A stretch of 64,000 nt of DNA, taken from NCBI GenBank assembly GCA_963766715.1, contig CAVYBH010000014.1, positions 32,001-96,000 of the forward strand, written 5' to 3'. The stretch comes from an uncultured delta proteobacterium (GTDB lineage Bacteria > Myxococcota > Myxococcia > Myxococcales > Anaeromyxobacteraceae). The notes below the pieces were generated by a model that made no database searches, was not told the DNA's origin, and saw nothing but the letters and a program-made list of their open reading frames with translations. This document shows positions 23,669-33,156 of this stretch, piece by piece. The position numbers and the translations under genes were made by a program. Every line of letters starts with the position of its first letter. Positions within the stretch are counted from its first letter, which is position 1.

Positions 23669-25969
23669 CTAGGGAGCGACGTCGAGCGCGTAGTCGTGCG
23701 CCTCGAGCGCCGCCTTGTCCATCTTGCCGGCCCCGACGCGCCGGACGACCTCCTCGCGGGGCAGGTCGAAGATGGCCTCCAGGATCTGGCCGTGCAGGGC
23801 GGGCTTCGCCTGCCCGATGATGAAGAGCACGCGCGCGCTGTGCTGGACGTAGCGGGGCGAGAGCAGCTGCCGCTTGAGCAGCTCCATGATCACCGGCGCC
23901 TTCTTGCGGTCGAAGCGCCCCGCCGCGCCGCTCCGGTCCTGCTCGGCGAAGAAGGCCTTCGTCCACTCGTCGTGATAGGCGAAGACCTTCTCGAAGAGCT
24001 GCCGGTCGAAGGGCGTCCCGGCGGCGACGGCCTCGGCCTTCTTCCCGAGCACCACGCCGTCCTCGGTGAGCTCCTGCCGGAGCAGGTGGCCGTCCTTGGT
24101 GATGGGGGCGCGGTGGTGGGCCAGCGACCAGAGCCACGACACGTAGATGCGGTAGGTGGCGAGGTCGTTCATGAAGCGCAGCTTCAGCTCGTAGTCGTCG
24201 ATGGCCGCCGCGAAGTTGCCGTTCAGGATCTGGAAGCCGTAGTTGGCCGCCATGTAGAACGAGTGCTGGACGTGCTCGATGGTGACCTCGCCGGTGGGCG
24301 GCTGGTAGATGGCGTCCCAGAGCCCCTTCGAGAGCAGCTTCTCCGGTGAGTCGAGCGACTCGCGGGTGATCACGGTGGGGGTGATGCGCCCCATGGCGTC
24401 GAGGACGCCGCGCGACTGCAGGAGCTCCCGCTCGGCCGGGGAGAGGCCGCTCGCCGGGGTGGGCACCGCCTTGCCGTTCGCGTCGGTGGTCTCGAGCGGC
24501 CGGTCGATGAGGGCCTGGAGGTCGGAGAGCCTGGCCTGCAGCGGGCCGTTGCCGGCCGCCACGTACTCGACCTCGGGGCTCGCCACCCAGCTCTGCCGGT
24601 AGCAGTCGTACAGCCGCCCCTTCTCGGCGCCGGAGAGGACGTCGGCCAGCGTGGGCCTCGCGCCGGCCGGCAGGCTCGAGGCGGGAACGAAGACCAGGCC
24701 CAGGAGCCGCTCGCGCAGCTTGTCGACCACCATGGCGCGGAGCGCGAGCGGGTTGTAGCGGGAACGGCCGTACGGATCGCCCTTCTGGTAGATCATCACC
24801 GCCGCCATGCCGCCGATGGGCGAGGCGTTGGAGAGCTCCCCGTTCTTCAGGCCGCCCATGAGCATGAGCAGCGCGTTGTAGCGCTGGTAGGCGATCATGT
24901 TGGGCGTGGCCATGCCCACCGACTGGGGATCGGGGAAGACGCCCTTGGGATCGTCCTTCCACATCTCGATGAGGCTGCCCAGGTAGTCCCAGCGACCCAC
25001 GTTCGTGCCCAGCAGGCGGCGGCGGAAGGTCCAGGCGATGGCGGGCAGGTAGCGGCCGCCGTTGCCCTCCTCGTAGAGCATCTTCACCTTGATGGTGCCG
25101 GCGGGAACGCCGATGAGCTCCTCGAGCCGGGAGAGCAGCCGCTCCACGACGAGCGCCTCGCGCGGCGTCTGCATCTTGGGGATGTAGAAGTAGACGCCGC
25201 TGCCGGCGGCCTTGAGCGTGTCGAAGTTGTTGAGCGCCCAGAGGACCGTGATGACCACCAGGCCCGGGGCCGGACGGCCGTCGACGGTGACGTGGTCGTA
25301 GCGGAGGTGGATGCTGGGCGGGCGGGCCAGCCGGGTGGGCCACTGCGCCGGCGCCTTGTCGATCTTGTAGCTGCGGGTCTTGCCCTTCTTCACCACCTCG
25401 TAGGGCTTGCCGTTCCACTTGCCCGCGAAGATCTCCTTGGCGTTCTGCATGGCGGCGAAGACGCCCACCGGCTCGGTGGCCGGCGCGCTCTCCGGGTGGA
25501 AGTGGGGCGGGGAGGCGTCCTCGAAGTCCGGCATGTTCATGGGCGCGGGGCTGTTGAGCGCGTTGAACGCCATGTCGAGCGGCGCCCACGGGCCGGTCAG
25601 CTCGAGCCCGGAGATCCTCGACGGGTGGACGTGTGCCGGGATCTCGACCTCGTCGTTGAGGCGCCAGCGCAGCGGGGTCTCGCGCCCCTGGAAGTTGTCG
25701 ACGAGCCCCTGCACGATCTGCCGGAAGGTGAAGGACTTCCCGGTGACCGGGTCCTCGAAGGACTCGTCCCACCGGGGCCAGGCGTACTTCTGCCCGACCG
25801 GGGCCGGCGACTGGAGGAGCTCGCGGCGGGCGGTGAGCGCCTGCGCGATGGCCGGGTCGATCTCCCGGGAGAGCCGCGTGATGGTGTCGTCCACGTCGAG
25901 GTCGCGGCCGTTCACGCGCTTGGTCCCGAAGAGCTCCGGGAACTGCTGGAGGACGTCCTGGCGGATCAT
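23669..25969 (-). CDS. Malate synthase (long, divergent form)
   Basis: ELTGP, MPDFEDA, YFYIPK, GTIKVKMLYE, NVGRWDY, IGGMAA, FMNDLATYRI. Lies near the isocitrate lyase. Confidence 0.85.
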   Translation of the reverse strand: MIRQDVLQQFPELFGTKRVNGRDLDVDDTITRLSREIDPAIAQALTARRELLQSPAPVGQKYAWPRWDESFEDPVTGKSFTFRQIVQGLVDNFQGRETPLRWRLNDEVEIPAHVHPSRISGLELTGPWAPLDMAFNALNSPAPMNMPDFEDASPPHFHPESAPATEPVGVFAAMQNAKEIFAGKWNGKPYEVVKKGKTRSYKIDKAPAQWPTRLARPPSIHLRYDHVTVDGRPAPGLVVITVLWALNNFDTLKAAGSGVYFYIPKMQTPREALVVERLLSRLEELIGVPAGTIKVKMLYEEGNGGRYLPAIAWTFRRRLLGTNVGRWDYLGSLIEMWKDDPKGVFPDPQSVGMATPNMIAYQRYNALLMLMGGLKNGELSNASPIGGMAAVMIYQKGDPYGRSRYNPLALRAMVVDKLRERLLGLVFVPASSLPAGARPTLADVLSGAEKGRLYDCYRQSWVASPEVEYVAAGNGPLQARLSDLQALIDRPLETTDANGKAVPTPASGLSPAERELLQSRGVLDAMGRITPTVITRESLDSPEKLLSKGLWDAIYQPPTGEVTIEHVQHSFYMAANYGFQILNGNFAAAIDDYELKLRFMNDLATYRIYVSWLWSLAHHRAPITKDGHLLRQELTEDGVVLGKKAEAVAAGTPFDRQLFEKVFAYHDEWTKAFFAEQDRSGAAGRFDRKKAPVIMELLKRQLLSPRYVQHSARVLFIIGQAKPALHGQILEAIFDLPREEVVRRVGAGKMDKAALEAHDYALDVAP

Positions 25970-26130
25970 GGTCTTCTGGCTCCTGGTCCGGGGCCGGTCG
26001 TGGCCGGCGAGGTGGGGAAAGACTTCTTATCGTGGATTCGCACCGTTGCAGGAGCCCTTGCGGGAGTTCCGGAAAGGGCCCATCTTGGGGCTCCCCCCGC
26101 GCCGTTCTCCCCCATCAGATTGAGGAATTC

Positions 26131-27807
26131 TTGAACGAGGCCAAGCCCCGTCGTGTCCTGCTCGTGTACCCGCGCTTCGGCGGTACCTCCTTCTGGAACT
26201 ACCAGGCCACCTGCCAGCTTCTGGGCGCCCGCTACTCGGCGGCCCCGCTCGGGCTCATCACCGTGGCGGCGCTCCTTCCCCAGGGCTGGGACCTCCGGCT
26301 GGTCGACCGGAACGTCGAGGAGCTTCGCCCGGAGGACCTGGCCTGGGCCGACCTGGTCATGACGGGCGGGATGCTCCCGCAGCAGCCCGACGCGCTGCGG
26401 GTGGTCGGGATGGCGAAGGCCGCGGGCAGGCCGGTGGTGGTGGGAGGGCCGGATGCCTCCGGGTCTCCCGAGGTCTACGCCGCCGCCGATTTCCGGGTGC
26501 TCGGGGAGGCCGAGGAGGTGCTCGCCGACTTCCTGGCCGCCTGGCTGGGCGGGGCGAAGGGGGGCACCTTCACCGCGCCCCGCTTCCCCGACGTCACCCG
26601 TTCGCCCGTCCCCCGCTTCGACCTGCTGAAGCTCGAGCACTACCTGCACGTCGGGGTGCAGTACTCGCGCGGCTGCCCCTTCGACTGCGAGTTCTGCAAC
26701 GTCATCGACCTGAACGGGCGCGTGCCCCGCGCCAAGGCCACGGAGCAGGTGCTCCGCGAGCTCGACGCGCTCCACGCCCTCGGGTACCGCGGCCACGTCG
26801 ACTTCGTGGACGACAACCTGATCGGGAACCGCCGCGCCCTGAAGCCCTTCCTCCGCGAGCTCCGCGGCTGGCTCGAGCGCAGGAACTGGCCCTTCGAGTT
26901 CACCACCGAGGCGAGCCTCGACCTCGCCGAGGACGACGAGCTCCTCCGGCTCATGAAGGCGGCCAGCTTCTTCGCCATCTTCGTGGGCCTGGAGACCCCG
27001 GACGCCGCCGCCCTCCTGCAGGCCAACAAGAAGCACAACACGCGCAGCGACATGGTGGAGAGCATCCACAAGATCCACCGGGCCGGCATCTTCGTGAACG
27101 CCGGGTTCATCGTCGGCTTCGACGCCGAGAAGGCGGGCGTGGCGAACGCCATGGTGGAGTGCATCGAGGCCGCCAACATCCCGGTCTGCATGGTGGGGTT
27201 GCTCTACGCGCTCCCCGGGACGCGGCTCGCCCGGCGGCTCGAGGCGGAGGGGCGCCTGCAGCTGGACGCCCACGACGTGCTGGCCGACGACGCCGATCAG
27301 TGCACCTCGGGGCTCAACTACGGGACGCTCCGGCCCCGCGCCGACGTGCTCCGGGACTACCGGGAGGTGCTCTCGCGGATCTACGCGCCGGCGGCCTACT
27401 TCGGCCGGGCCCGGCGCACCGGCCGGCAGCTCGACCGCTCCGGTCACCGCCTGAAGCAGCCGCTTCGCCACGTCCTCCGGGAGCTGCGCGCCTTCGGCCG
27501 GATGGCCTGGCGCCTCGGCGTGAAGGACCGGAAGGTGCGGGGGGAATGGTGGCGGTCGGTGGGCGACGTGCTCCTCCACAACCCGGCCGCGCTCAAGATC
27601 GTGGTCTCCTTCGCCGCACTCTACGTGCACCTCGGCCCCTACTCGGCCGGGCTGGTGGAGCGCCTCGACCGGCAGATCGCGCGGGAGGACGGGATCGCGG
27701 CTCCGGAAGGCCGGCTAGGACGGGGAGGCAGGCCCCCGGAAATGGCTCGGCCGCCAGGTTTCCCTGGCGGCCGAGGTACGGCTCGAACGGATCGGGTCGG
27801 CGCCTAG
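26131..27807 (+). CDS. B12-binding radical SAM protein with a DUF4070-like C-terminus
   Basis: [47 protein letters not shown]. Start and stop are approximate. Confidence 0.88.
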   Translation: MNEAKPRRVLLVYPRFGGTSFWNYQATCQLLGARYSAAPLGLITVAALLPQGWDLRLVDRNVEELRPEDLAWADLVMTGGMLPQQPDALRVVGMAKAAGRPVVVGGPDASGSPEVYAAADFRVLGEAEEVLADFLAAWLGGAKGGTFTAPRFPDVTRSPVPRFDLLKLEHYLHVGVQYSRGCPFDCEFCNVIDLNGRVPRAKATEQVLRELDALHALGYRGHVDFVDDNLIGNRRALKPFLRELRGWLERRNWPFEFTTEASLDLAEDDELLRLMKAASFFAIFVGLETPDAAALLQANKKHNTRSDMVESIHKIHRAGIFVNAGFIVGFDAEKAGVANAMVECIEAANIPVCMVGLLYALPGTRLARRLEAEGRLQLDAHDVLADDADQCTSGLNYGTLRPRADVLRDYREVLSRIYAPAAYFGRARRTGRQLDRSGHRLKQPLRHVLRELRAFGRMAWRLGVKDRKVRGEWWRSVGDVLLHNPAALKIVVSFAALYVHLGPYSAGLVERLDRQIAREDGIAAPEGRLGRGGRPPEMARPPGFPGGRGTARTDRVGA

Positions 27808-30054
27808 CGCTCCACGATGAGCTTCGTGAGCGCCGCCTTGTCCGCGGCGAGCAGCTCCTTCACCCGGTCGGGGTTCACGTCGGCGACGATGATCTCGCCG
27901 ACCTCCTCGTTCACCAGGCCGTAGAGCCCCTGGCGCTTCATGCCCTCGGCCTGGTGCTTGTTGTCGTCGGTCGGGGTCACGTAGTGCACCGAGTAGATCT
28001 TGTAGCGGTGCATGAGGAAGAGCTGGAGCAGCGTCATGAGCCGCTTCTTGCGGAGCGCCAGGTCGAAGTTGTTCTGGTCGCGGACCGAGAGGATGTTCCG
28101 CCCCTTGCGGTCCTGGATGACCGCGAAGATGACGTTCGCCCGGGCCTTGCCGTCGGGGCCGAGGAGCGCGAGCTCCAGCAGGTCGGACCCGGCGCTGCGC
28201 GGCTTGAGCGACACCTTGAGCTTCTCGGTCGACGCCGTGCTGCTTGCGCCAGATGTCGATCCACTCCTCGAGGACCTTGGGCGGGACCTCGGTCTGGACC
28301 AGGTGCTGGTGCTGGGTCGAGCCCTGGCCCATGGCCTTGGTGGTGGAGGTGCGCCCCGAGATGGACATGAGGCCGGCGTCGGCGCGGGGGCCGCCCACCA
28401 GCGTCTGCGGGGTGCGGTAGCCCGACTCGAGGAGGCGGAACTTCCGCTGCAGCCGGGCCAGCGCCAGCATGCCGTCCTGGCGGAGCGAGGCGGCGAACTC
28501 CTCGGAGGCGAGCCCGTCGATCTGGTGTCCACCGTAGGTGATGAAGTTGAAGACGAACCCCATCTTCCCGAGCTCGATGGGGAAGGCCCGCATCTGGTCG
28601 TCGTTCATCCCGGTCGTGTCCCAGTTGAACGACGGCGAGAGGTTGTAGGCCAGCATCTTGTCCGGGAAGACCGCGTGGATGGCGTCGGCGAACTTCTTCG
28701 CGTCGTGCAGGTCGGCGGTCTTGGTCTCCATCCAGAGGATGTCGGCGAAGGGGGCGGCCGCCAGCGACTTGGCGATGGCGTAGTCGATGCCGCCGCGGAC
28801 CTGGTAGTAGCCGTCCGGCGTCTTGGCGTGCTCGCAGTCCCAGGTGATGTCCACGCCGATGGCGCGGGCCTTCTCGCGGGCCTTGTAGAAGGAGGCCCGC
28901 TCGGCGAAGGCCAGCCACTGCTCCTTCGTCATGGGCGGCGGGTCGCCCTCGTTGTGCCGGAAGGCGATGACGTTGCCGACCGCCTCGGCGTAGGTGACGA
29001 CCCCGGCCTCCTGCTGCCAGGTGTCGACGAACTTGTCGAAGACCTTGTCGAGCGCGGCGTCGACCGTGGTGCCGCCCTTCTTGTAGTCGGCGGCCGAGGC
29101 GGCGATGGCCTTCGTGAAGCCGGACTTCTCGAGCCAGGCGTCGGCGGCGGCGTACTCCTCGTCGGACAGCGCGTAGAACTCGTGGCCGGAGAGCTCCTCG
29201 ATGCCGGCCTTCTGGAACTGGCGCAGGATGGCGAGGAAGGCCGCCTTGAAGCTGGGCAGCGCCACGTTGATGGCGCCCAGGATGAAGGGCTGGTCGCGAT
29301 CGTCGCTGCGCCCGTCGAGCAGCGTGGCCGACTCGGCGTCGGTGCGGGCCACGATGATGCCGGGCACGCCCATGATGTCGAGCTGGAAGCGGGCCGCGGA
29401 GAGGCGCTTCACCTGCTCGTCCTCGGAGACGAGCACCTTGCCGCCCTGGTGGCCGCACTTCTTCACGCCGGGCTTCTGGTCCTCGATGTGGTAGCCGGGG
29501 ACGCCGACCTCCACGAAGCGGCGGATCAGGTTGCGGACGTGCGCGTCGCCGCCGTGGCCGGTGTCGGCGTCGGCGATGATGAAGGGGCGGTAGTCCACCT
29601 CGGGGGTGGCCTTGCGCTGCTCCTCGGTCATGCGGGCGCGCGCGAAGAACTGGTTCTTGTCGGCGGTGAGGAGCGCGCGGACGATGGGCGCGGCCTCGTT
29701 CGGCACCTGGCTGAGCGGGTAGCTGGCCAGGTCGGGGCCGGGGTCCTCGTGCGCGGAGCCCTTGGCGGAGGTGGCCCAGCCGCCCAGGTAGATGCCCTCG
29801 ATCCCCATCCGCTTCATGGCCACGGCCTGGCCGGGGGAGTAGGGGCCGAAGGTGGTGATGGACTTCTTCTGCTCGAAGAGCTGGCGGAGCTTGACGTGGA
29901 ACGCCTCGGCGGCGCCGCGAGCCACGGCGTAGTCCGGCCGGATCGTTCCGCGCTGCTCGACCACCTCGCGCGCCGAGTAGGCCCGCTTGATGCCCTTGAA
30001 GCGAGGGCTGGCGAACCACTCGCGCAACTGCGCGATTTCCTTCTCGAAGTCCAT
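27804..30054 (-). CDS. aceA: Isocitrate lyase, long ICL2-type with a C-terminal extension (frameshift near 28230)
   Basis: [48 protein letters not shown], plus an extra domain of about 160 aa. Confidence 0.93.
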
Positions 30055-30231
30055 GTATGGGCCTCCTGGGTTGAACGGATGCTTGTAGTGGGAGAGGCGC
30101 CCACTGTCCCGTCCTTCGCGGGAATTCGCCGGTCGCGGAGGAAAACCTCCCGAGGCTTTACTCGGTCGAGCCGTAAACCCTGTAAATGTCCTGGATCGGC
30201 AGGAGCGTTGAGAGGCCATGACGCGGAGCGG

Positions 30232-31608
30232 CTAGAACGCCTCTCCGGAGCCGAAGTAGACGCCGAAGGAGTCGGCCCCCCAGGCGAAGTCGAGCCGGAC
30301 GTTGGTCCGGGCCTCCTTGTTCATCATGAAGCGCAGCCCGAACCCCCCGGCAGGCTTGAAGGTCTGGAAGAGGTTCTCGGCGGCCTGCGTGTAGCCGTAG
30401 GCGGGCAGGCTCGCCGCCGGGCGGCTCATGGTCTCGACGTTCGCGAAGACGGCGCCGCCGAGGAGCCCGTTGTCGGTGATGCGGAACCGCCACTCGGCCT
30501 CGGCGTACATCTCGGCGGTGCCGCGGAGCCGGCCCTGCACGTAGCCGCGTCCCGTCGTCCCCTTCGCGTCCCAGCCGACGGACGGGAGCGCCAGGTAGGG
30601 CTGGTGGCCGCTCGTGACGCCCGTCCCGAGGAGCCAGAAGGCGATCACGTTGCGGGGAACGGCGTCGGAGAGCCCGAGGTACGTGCGGAACTCGCCCCAC
30701 ACGCGGCTGCTCGTCTGGCTGCTCCCGAGCCAGGTGGGAAAGAGGCCGACGGAGAACTGGGCGTAGTAGCCCCGGTACGGATTGATGGTCGAGTCGCGAC
30801 TGTCGTAGAGCGCCTCGAGGGTCACGCCGGAGACCGTGTACGCCGACGGGTCGAATCCGAAGTAGGTGCTGTAGGCGTAGTGGCTCGTGACCACCGGTGG
30901 AGTCGCGGCGAGGTTCAGGCTCTCGTCGACGATGGCGAAGTAGCGGTCGTAGCGGAAGCCCCCGCCCAGGTAGAGGTTCGGGACGACCTCCCGCAGCGCG
31001 GCCTGGTGGATGCGGATCAGGTCGAACTTCATGGGCTGGGCGCCGGGGATGGGCTCGGTGTCGCCCCAGCCGTTGATGCTGAACCCGTAGCTGACGGGAG
31101 GGATGCCGGTGCCCAGGCCGTAGGTGTCCTGGTTGTAGAGCAGGAAGCGCCAGTCGCCCTGCAGCTCCCAGTCGTTCCCCGCGGTCATGAGGGTGCTGTT
31201 GAGCTGGAGGACCAGCTGCTTCTCGGTGGTCACGAGCGCCAGCGCCGTCGCGCTCGAGATGGTCGTGACGTCCGGCTTCCCCAGGTACATCCCGAAGGTG
31301 CCCACCGCGCCGACGAGGAACCCGAGCGCCGGGTTGTAGCCGACCGCCGGGATGATGGCCGGGTAGAGCTTCCACGCCGCCGGCGGCGGCTGCTTCTTGT
31401 CCGTGAGGCCGAGGAGGTTGAAGAGGTCGGTCCGGTCCACGTAGTCCGCGCAGCGGGATTCCTCGCAGACGCTTCCGTACCCGTGCTGCTCCGCGCACGC
31501 GTGACTGCTGGTGCAGGCGTCCTCGGCGGCTGCCGGCGCGAGCGGGAGCGTGAGGGCGAGCGCCAGCGGGATCGCCAGCGCGACGGCAACCTTCGACGGA
31601 TTCGTCAT
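30232..31608 (-). CDS. Omp85/BamA-TamA family outer-membrane beta-barrel protein
   Basis: Signal peptide, YDSRD..NPYRG, RGYVQGRLRG, GFGLRF..NVRLDFAWG, terminal GEAF. Confidence 0.85.
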   Translation of the reverse strand: MTNPSKVAVALAIPLALALTLPLAPAAAEDACTSSHACAEQHGYGSVCEESRCADYVDRTDLFNLLGLTDKKQPPPAAWKLYPAIIPAVGYNPALGFLVGAVGTFGMYLGKPDVTTISSATALALVTTEKQLVLQLNSTLMTAGNDWELQGDWRFLLYNQDTYGLGTGIPPVSYGFSINGWGDTEPIPGAQPMKFDLIRIHQAALREVVPNLYLGGGFRYDRYFAIVDESLNLAATPPVVTSHYAYSTYFGFDPSAYTVSGVTLEALYDSRDSTINPYRGYYAQFSVGLFPTWLGSSQTSSRVWGEFRTYLGLSDAVPRNVIAFWLLGTGVTSGHQPYLALPSVGWDAKGTTGRGYVQGRLRGTAEMYAEAEWRFRITDNGLLGGAVFANVETMSRPAASLPAYGYTQAAENLFQTFKPAGGFGLRFMMNKEARTNVRLDFAWGADSFGVYFGSGEAF

Positions 31609-31663
31609 CGGCTTTCCCCTCCAGGCGAGCGACGTCCCCCGGACGCCAGCCGGATTCCTAGCG

Positions 31664-31921
31664 TCACCCGCCCGAGAGGGCTTGAACGATCTGCACCTCG
31701 TCCGAGGCGGCCAGGGGATAGGCCAAATCCCGGACGGGGTCGCCGTTGACGAAGAGGCGGACGTGGGGGCGCAGGTGGTCCTGCTCGTCCACCATCCGGA
31801 AGCGGATGCCCGGATGGACGCGGTCGAGGTCGGCGAGCAACTCGGCCAGCGTGGCGCCGCGGGCGTCGACCTCGCGCCGGCCGGTGTAGGAGAGCAGCGG
31901 GCTCGGCACGAGGACCTTCAT
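31664..31921 (-). CDS. MoaD/ThiS family ubiquitin-like protein
   Basis: MKVLVPSPL...LFVNG...QALSGG C-terminal diglycine. Confidence 0.9.
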   Translation of the reverse strand: MKVLVPSPLLSYTGRREVDARGATLAELLADLDRVHPGIRFRMVDEQDHLRPHVRLFVNGDPVRDLAYPLAASDEVQIVQALSGG

Positions 31922-33094
31922 CGCCGCGGCTCCGCGGCCTCGACCGCGTAGATCTCCGGGAGGTGGCGGGCGATGCAGGTCCATCGCGCGCCCTCGTTGC
32001 GGCTGGCCCAGACCTCGCCGCTGGTGGTCCCGAAGTAGAGGCCGACGGGGTCGTGCGCGTCGGCGCTCATCGCCTGCCGCTTCACGGTGAGCCAGGCCTG
32101 CCCGGCGGGGAGGCCGCCGTCCTGCCGCTCCCAGCTGGCCCCGCCGTCGCGGGTCACGTAGGCGGCCGGCTTGCCGTCGGGGCTCGTCCGGGGCCACACG
32201 CCGCTGCCGTCCATGGGGAAGACCCAGGCCGTGTCGGGATCGCGCGGGTGCACCACGAGCGGAAAGCCGATGTCGCCCACCCGCCTCGGCATGGCCTTGC
32301 CGATGCGCCGCCACTCGTCGGAGGGGCGGTCGAGCCGGTAGATGCCGCAGTGGTTCTGCTGGTAGAGCCGGTCGGGGTCCGACGGGCAGAGGCGGACGCA
32401 GTGCGGGTCGTGGAAGGAGAGGGTGGCCGGGTCCAGGTTCTCGACCACCTCCAGCCCCTGCACGAGCGGGCGCCAGTCGCTGCCGCCGTTCGACGACTCG
32501 TGCACCCCGCCGCTCGACATGCCGAGGTAGAGGTGGGCCGGGTCGCGCGGGTCGACGAGGATGGAGTGGAGCTTCGGCCCGTCGGGCGTGCCGTCCTGCT
32601 CGCCGCCCATCCAGGTCCTGTACTGCGGGTGATCGTTGAAGCCGGAGACCGGCTCCCAGGTGTCGCCGCCGTCGGCGGAGCGGAAGAGCCCCTGCGGCGA
32701 GGTGCCCGCGTACCAGGTGCCGCGCTCGCCGGCGTGCCCCGGGGTGAGCCAGAACACGTGATCGACCACGCGCCCCTTCTCCCCGTTCGCGACCTTCGGG
32801 AACGCCGGCGGCCGCGAGGCCTCCTTCCAGGTCCGGCCCAGGTCGGTGGAGCGGAACACGGTGGGGCCGAGGTGCCCGGTCCGGGCCGCCATGACCAGCG
32901 TGCGACGGTCGCGCGGGTCCATCACCAGGTGGTGGACGACGTGGCCGAGGAAGATCGGTCCGGTGGTCTTCCACGTCCGCCGGGAACGGTCGCCCTTCAG
33001 GAGGAAGGCGCCCTTCCGGGTGGCGACGAGCAGCACCACGTTTCCCGTGGTCGGCCTTCGACGATCGGGCCGCGGGGAAAGTCCGCTTCTGCAT
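31918..33094 (-). CDS. BNR/Asp-box beta-propeller (sialidase-like) protein
   Basis: LLVATRKG; repeated S.DGG.(T/S)W Asp-boxes; QNHCGIYR. Confidence 0.85.
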
Positions 33095-33156
33095 GGCGGT
33101 CTCCTTCCTGGAAGGTTCGAACGGAACCTAGCCAGGAAGGAGCGCCGGTGCATCCC

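Noticed and set aside
30156..30187. TTTAC/GTAAA elements upstream of icl as a RamB-family site
   Set aside because: Short and not clearly matched upstream of malate synthase; insufficient support.
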